Assembly: GCA_964016885.1 (NCBI GenBank)
Contig: OZ024740.1
Span: 404,302,001-404,366,000, forward strand
DNA length: 64,000 bases
Source: Eledone cirrhosa
Lineage: Eukaryota
Reading direction: 5' to 3'
The notes under the pieces were generated by a model. The model made no database searches and was not told the origin of the DNA. It saw nothing but the letters and a program-made list of their open reading frames with translations. Of this stretch, positions 12,370 to 28,150 are shown in pieces. The first letter of the stretch is position 1. Each line of letters begins with the position of its first letter. Position numbers and translations under genes: made by a program.

Positions 12370-12865
12370 TATATATGTATATATGTATATATATATATAT
12401 ATATTAATAAGAGGAATTCCAACTTTGTCTGATTTACTCGTTTTATTTACAATCCTTTAAAATATATATAATGGAATTCCTCTTATTAATATAATCTTCT
12501 ATACACAATCATACACACCCGTGTATATTTACCTATCTATATCTATATATATATAATCCTTTAAAATATATATAATGGAATTCCTCTTATTAATATAATC
12601 TTCTATACACAATCATACACACCCGTGTATATTTACCTATCTATATCTATATATATATATATATATATACATACATATATATTTGCATAAGTATGTAGAT
12701 GTATATATACACATACACACACAAACACGCATGCGCGTGTACAGTGTATAGGTGAACAAGTAAAAGAGCATTCAGTACTTCATGAAGATTATGTATTGGG
12801 TGTTTTGCAATTTAATGATTCCCACGGCTATTAATACACACGCATACAGACAAACATTTATACAT

Positions 12866-12899
<34 letters not shown>

Positions 12900-13203
12900 A
12901 TGCTGGTGTGTGTATGATGTGTGTTAATGAAGGGCAGAAGCAATGTTAAATTCATATATTCAATCGGTTAGTTACATTTATATTGTTTCACTTATTAATC
13001 GTAGAATTGTTGCTAATACCCAAATTTGGGCATTCCGCTAATAGAGCCTTCGGTGGGATTTGAACTCAGATCGTAAAGGGGCGTAACTCTCTGCTGCAAA
13101 GTAAGGTGTCCGACCCTCTACCGATAATGCTAATCCACTACCCAGTAATAATAACACGTTCGCATTTGAGTCAGTTGGAGCCTATACTTTTGTGTACTTA
13201 ATA

Positions 13204-13531
13204 CAGAGGTTTTCAAAGTAGTACCCCCCACCCCACACATGGGGGGAGGGCAGTGAGAAGGTCTGGGTGGCCGCTGAGGCCTAATGGGTGCGGGAGATGA
13301 TGTAATAGTATATTAAATATCAAATGATGCCCATTATATTTAGATATAATAAAATAAAGATATATATTTTTATTTATACATAGTATATATTATATTATTT
13401 ATTATATATAAATTACCGATTTTATTTATTATATATTAATTATAATCCGTGTGTCTCTGGAAATAAGGGCGGGGAGCGCTGAGGGTAATACGTGTCCGTG
13501 GGTGGTGGCCCAAAACGTTTCAGAAACTCTG
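13204..13531. mobile_element. hAT-type MITE
   Basis: TIRs cagaggttttcaaa / tttcagaaactctg with a perfect 8-bp TSD ACTTAATA (13196-13203, 13532-13539). Confidence 0.88.
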
Positions 13532-13560
13532 ACTTAATAGAACAGTTACTTCTTAATTCA

Positions 13561-13741
13561 TAATTGTTTCTACTTTTGACACAAGGCCAGCAATTAACCA
13601 GTACATTACTGGTTCTTTATTTTATCGACCCCGTAAGGATGAAAAGCAAAGTTAACCTCGGCGGGATTTGATCTCAGATCATAAAGGGCCGTAACTTTAT
13701 GCTGCAAACCATGGCGTAGACCCTCTACCGATACTGCCAAA
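13561..13741 (-). mobile_element. tRNA-derived SINE with Deu/Nin-like core; further copies at 14553-14800 (two, -), 18030-18197 (+), 18259-18424 (-)
   Basis: Core gccgaggttaactttgcctttcatccttacggggtcgataaaataaag and a B-box-like motif (gagttcaaatcc in the 18030 copy); repeated at least five times. Confidence 0.8.
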
Positions 13742-13869
13742 ATGTAAGGAAAGTGTATTGCTACACTGCAATGTCTTGAACCAGGGAATAAACAGAATTA
13801 ATAGAGATGACTGTATATCGTCAAGAGAGCGGCAATTACAAGGATAGAATGAGAGGCGTCGCCAGACAC

Positions 13870-14530
13870 TAAATGTCTATCAAATGTCATGGAAACTGTA
13901 AATTTTAATATTTATGTTCAGGCGTATATAGATATATATGATATAGAACCATCTTTCTGTAATTGGTGCAGCCAGCCGTTGGGGTACTACTCTATATGGT
14001 CTCACGGTCAGTAACCAACACTGATCTCTGTCCTCTACTATACACCAAAGGGCTGCAGTATTGAGATCTGTCCAGACCTTAATGTTGTCGAACCAGGATT
14101 TTCTATCTGCCTTTTTTTTTTTACCTACCTTCAACTGTGCCTTAGAGAATAATTATGGACAGCGAGTCGTGGTGTATATATGTCCACGAATACGAAGGTA
14201 TAAAGCGAACAAGGGATTGTAATGAAATTAAAAGACATGTAACAATGTTTTCTAGTCACGCAGGTGATATCAGCTTTAACCAGTTTTCTGTTGAGATTTT
14301 AGGCATTTTTGCTGGAAATGCTGCTGCTCCAGCTGTTCAGTCAGATATTACTATATATCCTAATCAGGACCCAACAAGAAACATATATCTTTCATCCCAC
14401 TTGGATCCTATGACAGACCCACTGTTTTCTCGTCAAACGAATCACATCTTTGGCTGGGATTCCTCCTTATGGAAGTCTATAGAACGTTAAACACACTCCT
14501 GGAATTTTACAGTCATCTCTTTGCAATAAG
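13870..14530 (-). pseudogene. Old RTE LINE C-terminal fragment
   Basis: RKSWFDNIKVWT...EDRDQ resembles the RTE C-terminus; heavily decayed. Confidence 0.55.
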
Positions 14531-15539
14531 GAAAATATGAATCTTATTCAATAATTGTTTCTACTTTTGGGCACAAGGCCATAAATTATCCCAGTGCATT
14601 ACTGATACTTTTTTTATTGAGCCTATAAGGATGAAAGGCAAAGTTAACCTCGGCGGGATTTCAACTCAGACCGTAACACAACAATTGTTTCTACTTTTGG
14701 ACACAAGGCCAGCAATTATCCCAATGCATTACTGGTACTTTATTTTATCGACCCCGTAAGGATGAAAGGCAAAGTTAATCTCGGCGGGATTTGAGCTCAA
14801 TAATACTTAGTGGACACATACGTAAAATATTAAGGTAATTAAGCTGAGCTTTTCGCATCATATTACAACAGGTTGATTAATTACGTAAATAGCCAGAATA
14901 ATTGCTGTTCGACCTGATTCTCCTCTTATTCTTCCACCTACGTTTTGTACCAGTTCTGTACCTGACAATATAGCCCAAAATCATCAGCATACTGTGTTGA
15001 TTCAATTGTTGCTAAAGGTGGAAAGATTGATTTATTCCGTACACTTACAATCTATAATGTTCTGAAGTTGTAAATAATCAGAAATTTTGAAATTCATGAT
15101 GTGAATAAAAGAGATGGAAAAAACGAAAAAAAAAATCAGGCAAATGACGTAACTACAAATCAATCTGGTCTTTATGTATCACTTCCTAGTACAGCGTGGT
15201 GTTTATCTCGCTATATACTTGAACAATCACCATGTAGACTTTCCACAAATACAATATATGTATTTTCAAGCAAGTATGGCTTAACAGCACTCGAAATAAT
15301 TCAGGTACATAATAGTCATCTAATTACAAGGTTCAAAATTTATGCAAATCTCAACTCTCGTTAATATTTGTATCCTGATAATTTTATTCACTGTTTTCCA
15401 CGAAAAGTGAAGATAATGGGAAGTTTGGCAGAGGATATCATAAAGTCGTCGGTAGAATCTACACAGATAGTGCTATAGACTCGAGGAAATTTGATTTGTG
15501 GCTTCTATTCCTTCACATTCTAGGTGTTAAATGTTTTGC

Positions 15540-17120
15540 ATATTCATATACCGATGTGTCATCTATGAGGCAACGATGCTGAATACAATGCACCAAGAGA
15601 GACATTTTTGTTTCAAATGCCCTAACAATTACTTACGATGTTTGCAACAATATACGTTTACGTACTTCAGTTTTAGAAAACGTAAAAACATGCAATGATC
15701 AAATATTATCAAGGGCTTCGTGAGAGATTAGAAAATGAAGCCTTGATTAATATTCCCATGAAAATAGAAACAGTAGTTCAAGACTTAGTTTACCTCAACT
15801 ATTTAAAAATACAAACAAACTGAGCTCTATATCTTAACTATAATAAAGGAGTACGGGACAGCGTCCAGAATATTTTTTTTTATTCCGTTTGTAAAATAAG
15901 TTAGATTACTTTGAATAAATAATGAATAAATATTACATAATTTATTTACTAGATTTCGTAACTCTTGATTAAATATATTTTATTGCTTATTTAAAGATTC
16001 ACTTCTTTAAAATTTTCAAATGTCCACACTTCGGATTAGCGATCGCTTATATAAACATTCATATATTTCCGTCACTAATTTTTCTCCTAATGCAGTTTAT
16101 ATATAATGTATTTTTTTTTTAAATGTATCATGGATTACTTTACTGATTAAATAAGACAGTGTAACACAGTCTTCGTTCAATTTCTGTGGCTATTCTCAAT
16201 TACGATGCATATATATTTGCGTATAATATCAATATGCACACTACACATGCTAGCAGAAAACCAACCGAAGGGTAGTTTTTCTGCTAGTAATCAGCTAACC
16301 AAACTCTCAGAGAGAAATAGTGACTGTAATTATAAACACTTTCGTATGAGTCAGTGTTGGCGATATCTCGAACCTAATTTGTTTTTATGTTGATCCAGTA
16401 GGTGGCTCAGTTAAAATATTCACTTTCAATTTCCTTTTTCACAGTATAAAAGCAATGTATCATGCAGTTTCTTGAGCAGCTTGTACTGAAATTGCTGTCA
16501 TTTTACTTTCAGCGGGGCAAAACCGTTCATTGTTTATTTAACTATTTTGATACTAACCTACCAAAAACCGCCTCTGGTTCTTTGAAATAAACCCATCTAT
16601 TTTAAATGGTTCCTAATTATATAAAATCCTTTGTTAAATAATGTTACGAATACCATGTTAATCATGAAATAATAAATGATGTAAAACCTTCGAAATTCTT
16701 CACTAATTGAAATCTAATGCATTTCATTGGAAACGTGTTTCTGAAAGGGTTAAAGTACCTATAATTAATTCGAATATTTGCAACGTGTCTCTACATTATA
16801 TTACCCATCTTTTACTGGAAATCAAATCCTTTTAATTGCGTCCAGAAATTCAGTTCATGCTCTCGGTATTATAGATAGATATCTATGGGATATCACTTAT
16901 TGACACAGCATTTGCAGGAAAAGAGATTATATTTGGTGTAAACTTTCGTCAAATATCACCAATTGTATCACAGCTGAAATAAAGGAATCTTGTATAACAC
17001 AATATCATCCCGTTAATAGAGGAAACAACGAGAATGTTTGCATTTTGACTCCATCTTGGGATGGAAGACTCATCGTAGAAGGCTACACTTCTGAATCTGA
17101 AATCATCGAGGTTTCAAATT
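15540..17120 (+). pseudogene. Relic of Helitron Rep-helicase (PIF1 family), interrupted by MITEs
   Basis: FQMP*QLLTMFATI near 15600-15655 and AFAGKEIIFGVNFRQISPIV near 16908-16970 (PIF1 FGGK...GDFRQLPV motif). Confidence 0.65.
16538..16753. mobile_element. piggyBac-type MITE with TTAA ends; related copy at 21811-22041
   Basis: ttaa-ctattttgatac ... gaaagggttaa; second copy ttaagccttttgatacc ... aaaaggtttaa. Confidence 0.65.
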
Positions 17121-17130
17121 AAGTTTTAAA

Positions 17131-17622
17131 TCTCTATATATAAAGTTGTAGTTCTTGTCTGTTTGTTTGTTCACGAACTCCTATGGTTTTCGAGATAGAC
17201 CCCCCATAACCATATATATTCTGAAACTACATTGCCCAGGGTACTTGGATAAGTATATTTTATTTTAATTAAAGGGTTCCCCGGAGGCACAAACCCCGCG
17301 GAAAATGTTTTCCCTTCGATTTATATGAAATTTAAACCATAGGTAAATGACAAGATTTGATGCCTATTCACAAAATTTCAGCAAATTTCAATAATATTAA
17401 GACACCCTAATGGGGGTTAAACCCCCTATAGTGAAAATTTTGGAAGCCCGTAACTTGAGTATTGGAACCTCTATTATCACGGGATTTTTCTATTAATGAA
17501 ACGTAAATCAACAAAAAAAGCACCTCTCTTTTATAGTAAAATTTGGCTATGGCAAAACATCACGAGAATTATGACAACAAAAAAAAGTGTGAGACGCAGC
17601 AAGGCGCGGGTAATTCGGCTGG
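17131..17622 (+). mobile_element. Non-autonomous Helitron
   Basis: 5' TCTCTATATATAAAG; 3' GC-rich weak hairpin cgcagcaaggcgcggg then CTGG followed by T. Confidence 0.6.
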
Positions 17623-18565
17623 TAGAATATTTCAAATATGGTGATAACATCTTCATGCATGGGTGTATATGTGTTTAATACGTATCAGGTCCAACACTAA
17701 GCATTTGAACAATATAATTTTACTAGTAATAACAATGATTATGATTTCGAACAGGCACAGTACAAACATTTTGGACGGAGGATAATTAATTAGATTTACC
17801 CACTAATTTCACTGATACTACATAATTTTATCGACCTTTGGGTGACAATTTCATTCGAGGTTTCAAAAAAGATGTCACTCAAGGCCGAGGGTTATTTTGT
17901 TCAACACTCTAAAAGCCTTTGTATTATTTTTTAAGCAGGGACACGGGATAAATCACTGAATAATTATATAATGTACATGTATATCTATAGGTAACTGATG
18001 AAGCAGCTGACTTCAATTCATTATTGTGAAGTGGATTGGCAATAGCAGTAAAGGGTCGGACGCCATGCTTTGCAGAAAAAAGTTACGGCCCTTTATGATC
18101 TGAGTTCAAATCCAGCCGAGGTTTACTTTGCCTTTCATCCTTACGGGTCGATAAAATAATGGATAATTGCTGGCCTTTTGCCAAAAGTAGAAACAATTAT
18201 TGTGTCAAAGGTATTAACGATTTTGTAACCTGAATGCCTTCTTTGACCTTATCACAAATAATTGTTTCTACTTTTGGCACAAGGCCAGTAATTACCCAGT
18301 ACATTACTGGTACTTTATTTTATCGACCTCGTAAGGATGAAAAGCAAAGTTTACTTCGGGATTTGAACTTAGACCATAACTCTATGCTGCAAAACATGCC
18401 TGACGCTCTACCGATACTGCCAAACCTCACACATTTATCACAAATAATATCCTCAAACTTGTGCCAACTTATATTGAGTACATATTATCGATTAATTCTG
18501 ATTTATATATTAATGCTTTCTAACTTTTAGGACATTAAAACTTCATGGTTGGACCATGTAAACTC

Positions 18566-18653
18566 TCATATCTGAAGAAGTGTCGATTAAGAGTCGCGGT
18601 CCGATCGCCTAATCAAACTCGAGCTGATCGATATAGAAACAATTGTAATATGA
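18566..18653 (+). ncRNA. Type I hammerhead with long stem II and palindromic stem III
   Basis: tcatat-CTGAAGA-agtgtcgatt...gatcgatata-GAAA-C AATT G-TA-atatga. Confidence 0.82.
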
Positions 18654-18810
18654 AATAAAGTTTCACAAAAAGCTGCAATTCTTATTGTCATTCTATATAT
18701 ACACTCTGCAAACTACTGCCGCGTTAAACCAGGAGCAAAACCCAATGAGACGGACCCCGTAACCACAAGTTATTCACACACACACATTATATATATATAT
18801 ATATATATAT

Positions 18811-19202
18811 CACCTTGACCGACCAGTCTGTCGGGCGACATTCGGCGCCGCTGGTCACAGCACGTGCTGTTTTAGCCATATTTGACGCCATCCCACTAGC
18901 TGGGCGGGCAGGCTGTAAGTCTAAAGTCTGTCTTAAGCCAGAAGGCTGATTTGGCCGGTGCTTATCTCGGTTTCATGGCGTGAAGCGACTGAGAGTACAA
19001 GACTCCCCCCTGGATAAGACGCCAGTCCATCGCAGGGTTAAACCGCCAGCTATTGCTGGTACACATTTTCAGCGAAGTAAACTGGAGCAACGTGAAATAA
19101 AGTGTTTTGCTCAAGGAAACAACATCACCCGGTCCGAGAATTGAACTCACAACCTTTCGATTGCAAGCCTACTGCTCTAACCACTAAGCCATGCGCCTTC
19201 AC
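18811..19202 (-). mobile_element. tRNA-derived SINE with V-SINE-like core
   Basis: A box TGGCTTAGTGG, B box GAGTTCAATTC, core ccctgcgatggactggcgtcttatccagggggg; inserted in (TA)n. Confidence 0.8.
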
Positions 19203-19339
19203 TATATATATATATTAGGTATTAAATTAACAATGAAAAAAAAAAAAAAAAAAATTACTTTACTGATTCATATTGTTTTACGATCGTTTCGGAGGATTCA
19301 TCATTTTGACATATTGTCTGATCTATAGCAGTTATATAA

Positions 19340-20489
<1,150 letters not shown>

Positions 20490-20529
20490 TATATATATAT
20501 ATATATATATGAGAAAGAGAGAGCGCGCG

Positions 20530-21298
20530 AGAAACTCAATGCTAGAATAGCTTTCAATGACAGTGTTGGGTAAAAATACCTCAGAAGACAGAGATTAGTG
20601 GCTAGTGATCGATAGAGACAATCCATAAGGTGGGTGACAGGCAGTTGAAATATAGAAATGATTGGAAGGAAGAAAGGCAATGTACAAGACAAGTTCACAC
20701 ACACACATCTTCACCCTCATCAGCTCTCATACCAGCTAAATGGTTTCGCATGATTTAATTGAGAGTATCATTTATGTATTCATTTAACTTTATCATAGCT
20801 ATGATTAGCTTTCTATTTTGGACAAACACCACAACTTCAGGTCCACTTTCCTCTTATTTTATTTTATTCGTCTTCTTTTGTCCGTTCTCTCTCTCACCAG
20901 ATCTTCTCGTCTCCCTTCTACTTGCTGCTCCTGTTGTCACTTCCACTGCCAAAAGCCTTTTGTTGTCCTTTCGAGCAGCAGCCTGGTGTTGGTAGGACTT
21001 TTTTTACTTCACTCTCTGTCCTTCCTGGCAGTGGCTTGGTGTCGATCGGATGAGCTTTACTCTCTGATCTGTCTGCCTATCTATCTGTTGTTTATTTAAT
21101 CACACACACACATCATAACACACTTCTCCTTTTCCTCCTCCTCTCTCAATCGTTTCTATATTTCAACTGCCTGTCACCCACCTCGTGGATTGTTTCTACC
21201 GATCAGTAGCCACTGATCTCTGCTTCTGAGGTATTTATACTCAATTTCATTGAAAGCAGTTGGCTGTTTTAACATCTATTCTGGTGTTGAGTTTTCTC
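20530..21298. repeat. Older foldback with about 150-bp diverged inverted arms containing a decayed hammerhead-like motif
   Basis: 20530-20680 is roughly the reverse complement of 21125-21298; acct-CAGAAGA-...-GAGAC aatcc ATA-aggt at 20578-20631. Confidence 0.7.
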
Positions 21299-22608
21299 AT
21301 TTTTCTACGAATTCGAATATAGCCTCATTTTGTATCAACCAGAGATAACAATGTGTGTGTACGTACACACACACACACACACACAACAGGCTTTTTTTAT
21401 AGCTTCCATCTATAAAATTTTCTCTAGACATTGGTCGCCCTGAGGCTATAATAGAAGACATGCAATGGGATGGAGCCCAAAACCATGTAACAGTGAAATG
21501 AACTTCTTAATCACACAACTATGCTTGCAGCTATATAATAATAATAATTAGAATAATAATAATATGAATTTATTATCATAATTTGACTTCAATTCAGTGT
21601 CAGATTTTGATTTCCTGAAATATCATTTTTAACAATAAGGAAGGGCGTAAGGAGAGAGAGAGAGAAAAGAAAAACAGAATTCAGAATGCATTTATGAACA
21701 ATATTTGCTGCCAGTGATTAAGTATATATGTACCTGTATATACAGCACCAAGTGTTTGTGAGGGTGTACATATGTAGAGTGATTTTTACACACACAACCA
21801 ACAAGTGTTTTTAAGCCTTTTGATACCAAACCAATTAAAACTGCTACTTTTACCAGTTTGTTTTAAAGTGTTTATATTTATATAAAAACCTTCCAACATA
21901 ATTCTATGTAAGAACCTTTGTTAAGTTATGTTCCAAACAGCAGAGAAAGAATGAGAAAGTTAGTTACTTTACTAAGTTCTTCAAATTCTTTATTTTCAAA
22001 ATTGTTTGAAATGTATAGGCGGTATGTAACAAAAGGTTTAAGGCCATTTTCCTTGCTAAAGCAGCAGTTAGCTTTGCAGACCCCATGACAGACTTTATAT
22101 TGATAATGGGATAATTTTTTAGGAAATATTTTAGAGCTAGTCAGCCGTCATGGTGCCAACCGTTTTAGTCACCTCATACGGCATACAGGGATAGAGTGTA
22201 CCTATTCTAAACAGGATACACACAGAAATAATTTTAAAACATATGAAAGACAAAGTAGATATCCAACAAGTGGATTTCCTTCTGCTGAGCTTTAACAATA
22301 GTTTATGAAGTAATAAGTTCCTTTGACAAGTACAGGGAGAAAGAAAAAAAAACATCAAAAAAGGCAGCAACATTAACTTTCATTATGCAAACTTCCCTTT
22401 TTAACAGTAACAAGTTTGTATATTATATATAACAGCAACAATTTTCTCTTCGTAATTTTCAAATACGGGCATCATTTACATAATAAAGGGAACAAAAAAG
22501 ACGTACATGTATATATGCAACACAGGCCATTTTATATATATATATAGGAGATATATATATATATATACACATGCACATACCACACACATATATATACATG
22601 TACAATAT

Positions 22609-22664
<56 letters not shown>

Positions 22665-22912
22665 AACATACATACATACATCATAGTTAGTCTGTGTTAA
22701 GTCTGGGTGAGTGTGCTAAGATAATTTCCAAACAGGACTTCATCAAGAATCAAACAAATAACCATTTCCTCTCCTTCCTGCTGTCTTAACAAATCACCTG
22801 TGTTTGGAAGGGTGATTACTTTTCTTTACTCATCTTCTCAATACTTTCACTGCCCCTTTTTTTTTGTTCTACATCCTACCTGGATAATATCTTCTTGCAC
22901 ATATGTAAACAA

Positions 22913-23027
<115 letters not shown>

Positions 23028-23311
23028 CACAAATATCGTTAAACATAGCGTTCACATGTACAGAAAAGGTGAATAATAAACCTTTCATATAATTACAAAT
23101 AGACATTTTTCGTGCACTTTGGTACGTATATATATAAATATGTATACATATGTATACATAAATATGTATATATATATATGAATGTATATACGTATGTATA
23201 AACATATACATACATATAAAAAAAGATTGATATATAATATATAACAATCATGTGGCTCTATGATAGCACGATACGTGTATGTATACATATACACATACAT
23301 GTATATATTTA

Positions 23312-23560
23312 CAGATAAAATTCCGTTATAACAAATTTTTCAGTATAACATTTTTTCAATCCCCGGCCACATGCTCCATGTTAGGTCAATCCCCGGCCAC
23401 ATGCTCCATGTTAGGTCAATCCCCGGCCACATGCTCCATGTTAGGTCAATCCCCGGCCACATGCTCCATGTTAGGTCAATCTCGTTATAAGGAATTTTTC
23501 ATTACAACAAATTATTTTTTTTTTTATTTTTATAAATTTTGTTATAATGGAATTTCACTG
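23312..23560. mobile_element. Tc1/pogo-type MITE containing a 4 x 30-bp minisatellite
   Basis: TIRs cagataaaattccgttataac / gttataatggaatttcactg, TA flanks; caatccccggccacatgctccatgttaggt repeated four times at 23357-23476. Confidence 0.8.
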
Positions 23561-24981
<1,421 letters not shown>

Positions 24982-25421
24982 CCATACCAGTAACTGTGTG
25001 AATATATTTGAAGCTGAGGCTTCTCTCCATTACTACTACATTTTCAAATATATGTAAAGCTCTACATGTATGGACTAGTTTTTTCCAACTGTTTTTAAAT
25101 TCAAATGTGTGTGTGTATATTTATATATATATATATATATATATAATTTAATATTCAATTATACATGTGTGTGTGTGTATCCATACATACATACATATAC
25201 ATATATATATATATATGTACAAGCGTGCACATGTGCATTTGTATTTTCTACAGTATATAAACACACACACACACACGCATATACATATATATATATATAT
25301 ATGAAAGGTTTATGAAGATTCAAATCCGGAAAGTTTTTCATTCAATAATTTTATGAATGAAAGTGCATTGTAATATGTGGGTACTTTTCACAGTGAGTGC
25401 AGCCTGTAATATTTGAATAAT

Positions 25422-26591
25422 CTACTTGGCATGTGCCTCATTTTCTCTTTGGTTACGCGACATACTATTAACCTCATGCTGGTAATGGCCATCTCTTCTA
25501 TTGCCTTGGTAATGACGCTGGAAATGATGGTCAGATATGTGTGCTTTTCGAGGGTGAGATAAATATTTTTGATCATTGTCATAACCATCATGTTTATTAA
25601 ACCTCGGTGTTTTCCTCGAGTGGTCACCATTCTCATAATAGTTCTTCCTGCTGTGAAAATAGTTCTGAGATTTAGCCTTTGGTCGGTTTTTATTTCCTAG
25701 GAAATCTAAGTCTTCCTGATGAAATCTAGTCTGAGACGATGATATTGATACTTCTCGATCATTATCATGGTATTTACTATTACTATCCTGATAATTCCTT
25801 GTATGTCTGTGTTGAGGTTTGTCTGAAGACATCACATCCTGAGTTTCCTGAGAGTTATGATATTCAGATTTTGGGCAAGGAGTAGCAGCATTTTTAGATA
25901 TATTTGCAGATTTGCCCTTATCAGAATGTCTGTGTGGATGAGCAAAATTTTCCTGAGTGCCTTGTCCAGAATTGTTATAATAAGAATTTGAGTAAAAACA
26001 TGCTTTGTCTTTGTAACCATTGTTGTTTCCTTTCCTTTGGAAATGGTTAGCATCCTTGTTACTGTAATAATATGACCTGTTGTTGTGCCTGTGGCTATCT
26101 TGGCTTATATCAAACTTTTTGTGCTGCTTCTCATGGTATTTTGCACTGCTTTCTTTGTAAGCATTCTGATGGTTTTGAACTTGCAAATCAGAATTTTTCA
26201 ACTTTTCATTTGAACACTGTTCATCCATCTTAGCAAGAGGATGGTCACCTCTTGGAGAAGATAGACTGGAATCTTCGATGTTATTGTAATCATTTTGGTT
26301 ATATCTGTTTCGGTTAGGGCTATTACAATGTTGTCCATTATAGTTTTCTTTGTTGCGAAAATATCTACCTTTACCTTCAGCAAACCCATTTTTCCCATAG
26401 CCCTGGTTACCATGCCTATGATGACGCAAACCATAATCTATTGGAGCAGACTTATCTTCATCAGCAGAACTGACATTGACTCTAGTTGGTGCTTTTCTAG
26501 ACTTCTTATCAAAATTTCCAGACCGATTTCCATTGAGCACTGAGGGAAAATCTGGAAGTGTCTCTTTTACAGTGGCACTAATACATTCTCC
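25422..26591 (-). CDS. RNF25: Terminal coding exon of RNF25-like E3 ligase (long low-complexity C-terminus)
   Basis: Acceptor atatttcag|GGAGAATGT at 26591 in phase 0 with the upstream exon; open for 390 codons to TAG at 25422. Confidence 0.72.
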   Translation of the reverse strand, partial: GECISATVKETLPDFPSVLNGNRSGNFDKKSRKAPTRVNVSSADEDKSAPIDYGLRHHRHGNQGYGKNGFAEGKGRYFRNKENYNGQHCNSPNRNRYNQNDYNNIEDSSLSSPRGDHPLAKMDEQCSNEKLKNSDLQVQNHQNAYKESSAKYHEKQHKKFDISQDSHRHNNRSYYYSNKDANHFQRKGNNNGYKDKACFYSNSYYNNSGQGTQENFAHPHRHSDKGKSANISKNAATPCPKSEYHNSQETQDVMSSDKPQHRHTRNYQDSNSKYHDNDREVSISSSQTRFHQEDLDFLGNKNRPKAKSQNYFHSRKNYYENGDHSRKTPRFNKHDGYDNDQKYLSHPRKAHISDHHFQRHYQGNRRDGHYQHEVNSMSRNQRENEAHAK

Positions 26592-27599
26592 CTGAAATAT
26601 AACAATAATATTCTGTTAATTACCAGGTTTTCCAAAAACAAAGCAACAACAACAAAATCATTAACACTATTACATTAGCCTAGGTCATTAGATATTGTTC
26701 TGTGAAACATGTATTAATTCCTTATCAATACAAATGTATTGACTCTGAACTCATTACATACACTAATAATTCTAATTATAAGTTTCTTTGTCTGAACTAC
26801 TTATATAGTACATTTGTGTTCATTGTAGAAACTCTGAAGGTCACTATTAATACTAGGCCTGGCAATCTTACACACAATTTAGCAAGATCTGCTTCCTAAA
26901 AATTAGCCTTACTTTTCAGAGCCAGATAATGATTCAGCTTTGATCAGCTGCTGACCTTCCACAAAGCTCCTGTAAACCCCCCAAACATAATACTGCTCCC
27001 ATATATGGGAGAGACAGCTGCTATAAACAGTAATATCCTTGACTGCTCCCAAAAGAAAAACCATCTGATTGGCAAAGATTCCCTCACAAACACTATAACA
27101 TCTGACCCAGAGATACATTTTGCTTGATCTATTCTTGTAAAATGGGTTCTGCTCCTTCTGTACCATTCCACCATCATCTGATATAGCTGTTTTTCATCAA
27201 ACAGTCTCTCATTCCTCAGATTCTGCATCGACCATGCCCAATCCATCCTTCCCAGAATGTCAACCCTCTGGGAATTCTGTTTCACCCTAACACCAGCTTA
27301 CTAATGAAAATACTTTTTTACTAAATTCCCCAAAACCAGATGCTAGTGATTTTATTGTCATATGATTCTTTATTCAAGTTCTCATATAGACCAAGTTTGT
27401 ATATCAACACAGACAAGAATAAAATGGGTACCAATAGAGCACTGGGGTGATACTTAAAAGAGATTGTCACACCTGCCAACAAATAGCAGTAAAAAAGGGA
27501 AACTTTATGATATTTTCGATGATTATCATGAGGATTATGACAATGGAGGCAGTTTATTATCATTATCATCATTTTTAGATTCACTTTTCCATGTTTGCA

Positions 27600-28150
27600 T
27601 GGGTTGGGTGAGTCTTCTCTTGTGCAGTGTATTGCCATTTATCTTGATCCTATGCCATTTCCTTCAGAAGGTTCAGTCTTGAGATTAGCTCTTACTACTT
27701 CTACCCACGTTTTCTCCTTCCATAGGTTCCTCCCATTTGAATTGTTTGGCACTTCTTTACTCAACTGTCATCCATTATACACATGACATATATACCAACA
27801 TAGTATTCTCCCTCTCTTGCACACTACTTCTAATTCCCCTTATACCTAGATTTCCTCTCTGTTTAATTGTGCTCCATCATACATTCAGATTAACATTACA
27901 CATCCAACAGAATAACTTATCACATTTCTTTCTAGCATTCACATATCCACTGCATCCAATGCCTATGTTACACTATCATGTACATTTTATTTTGTACACA
28001 AACACCATACAATCTGCTCAGTGAAAGAATACCCTATTTGGCAGCAGAGGTCTTAGCTCCTTCAATTTATACCATCTGTTCTTACTCCAGTTAGAATGTT
28101 TCCAGAACCCTTGCTGTCAGTCTGCCTGTATTCCCACTGCAACTCTTATA
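27600..28150 (-). pseudogene. Old RTE LINE fragment in the RNF25 intron
   Basis: Decayed match to RLYDACVR...MLRWMCN...GIRGIR...QERRLRWYGHV as seen in the young RTE copies. Confidence 0.6.

Noticed and set aside
17995-18030. CTGATGA followed by a hairpin; similar isolated CTGANGA-like hits near 9504, 14981, 20716 and 55492
   Set aside because: No properly placed GAAA, stem III and stem I partner
23357-23476. CRISPR-like 30-bp repeats
   Set aside because: No spacers and eukaryotic context; it is a minisatellite within a MITE
25422-26540. 372-aa ORF as a stand-alone gene or an NFX1-like N-terminus
   Set aside because: It has a GTG start, is preceded by an in-frame splice acceptor and joins the RNF25-like exon in phase
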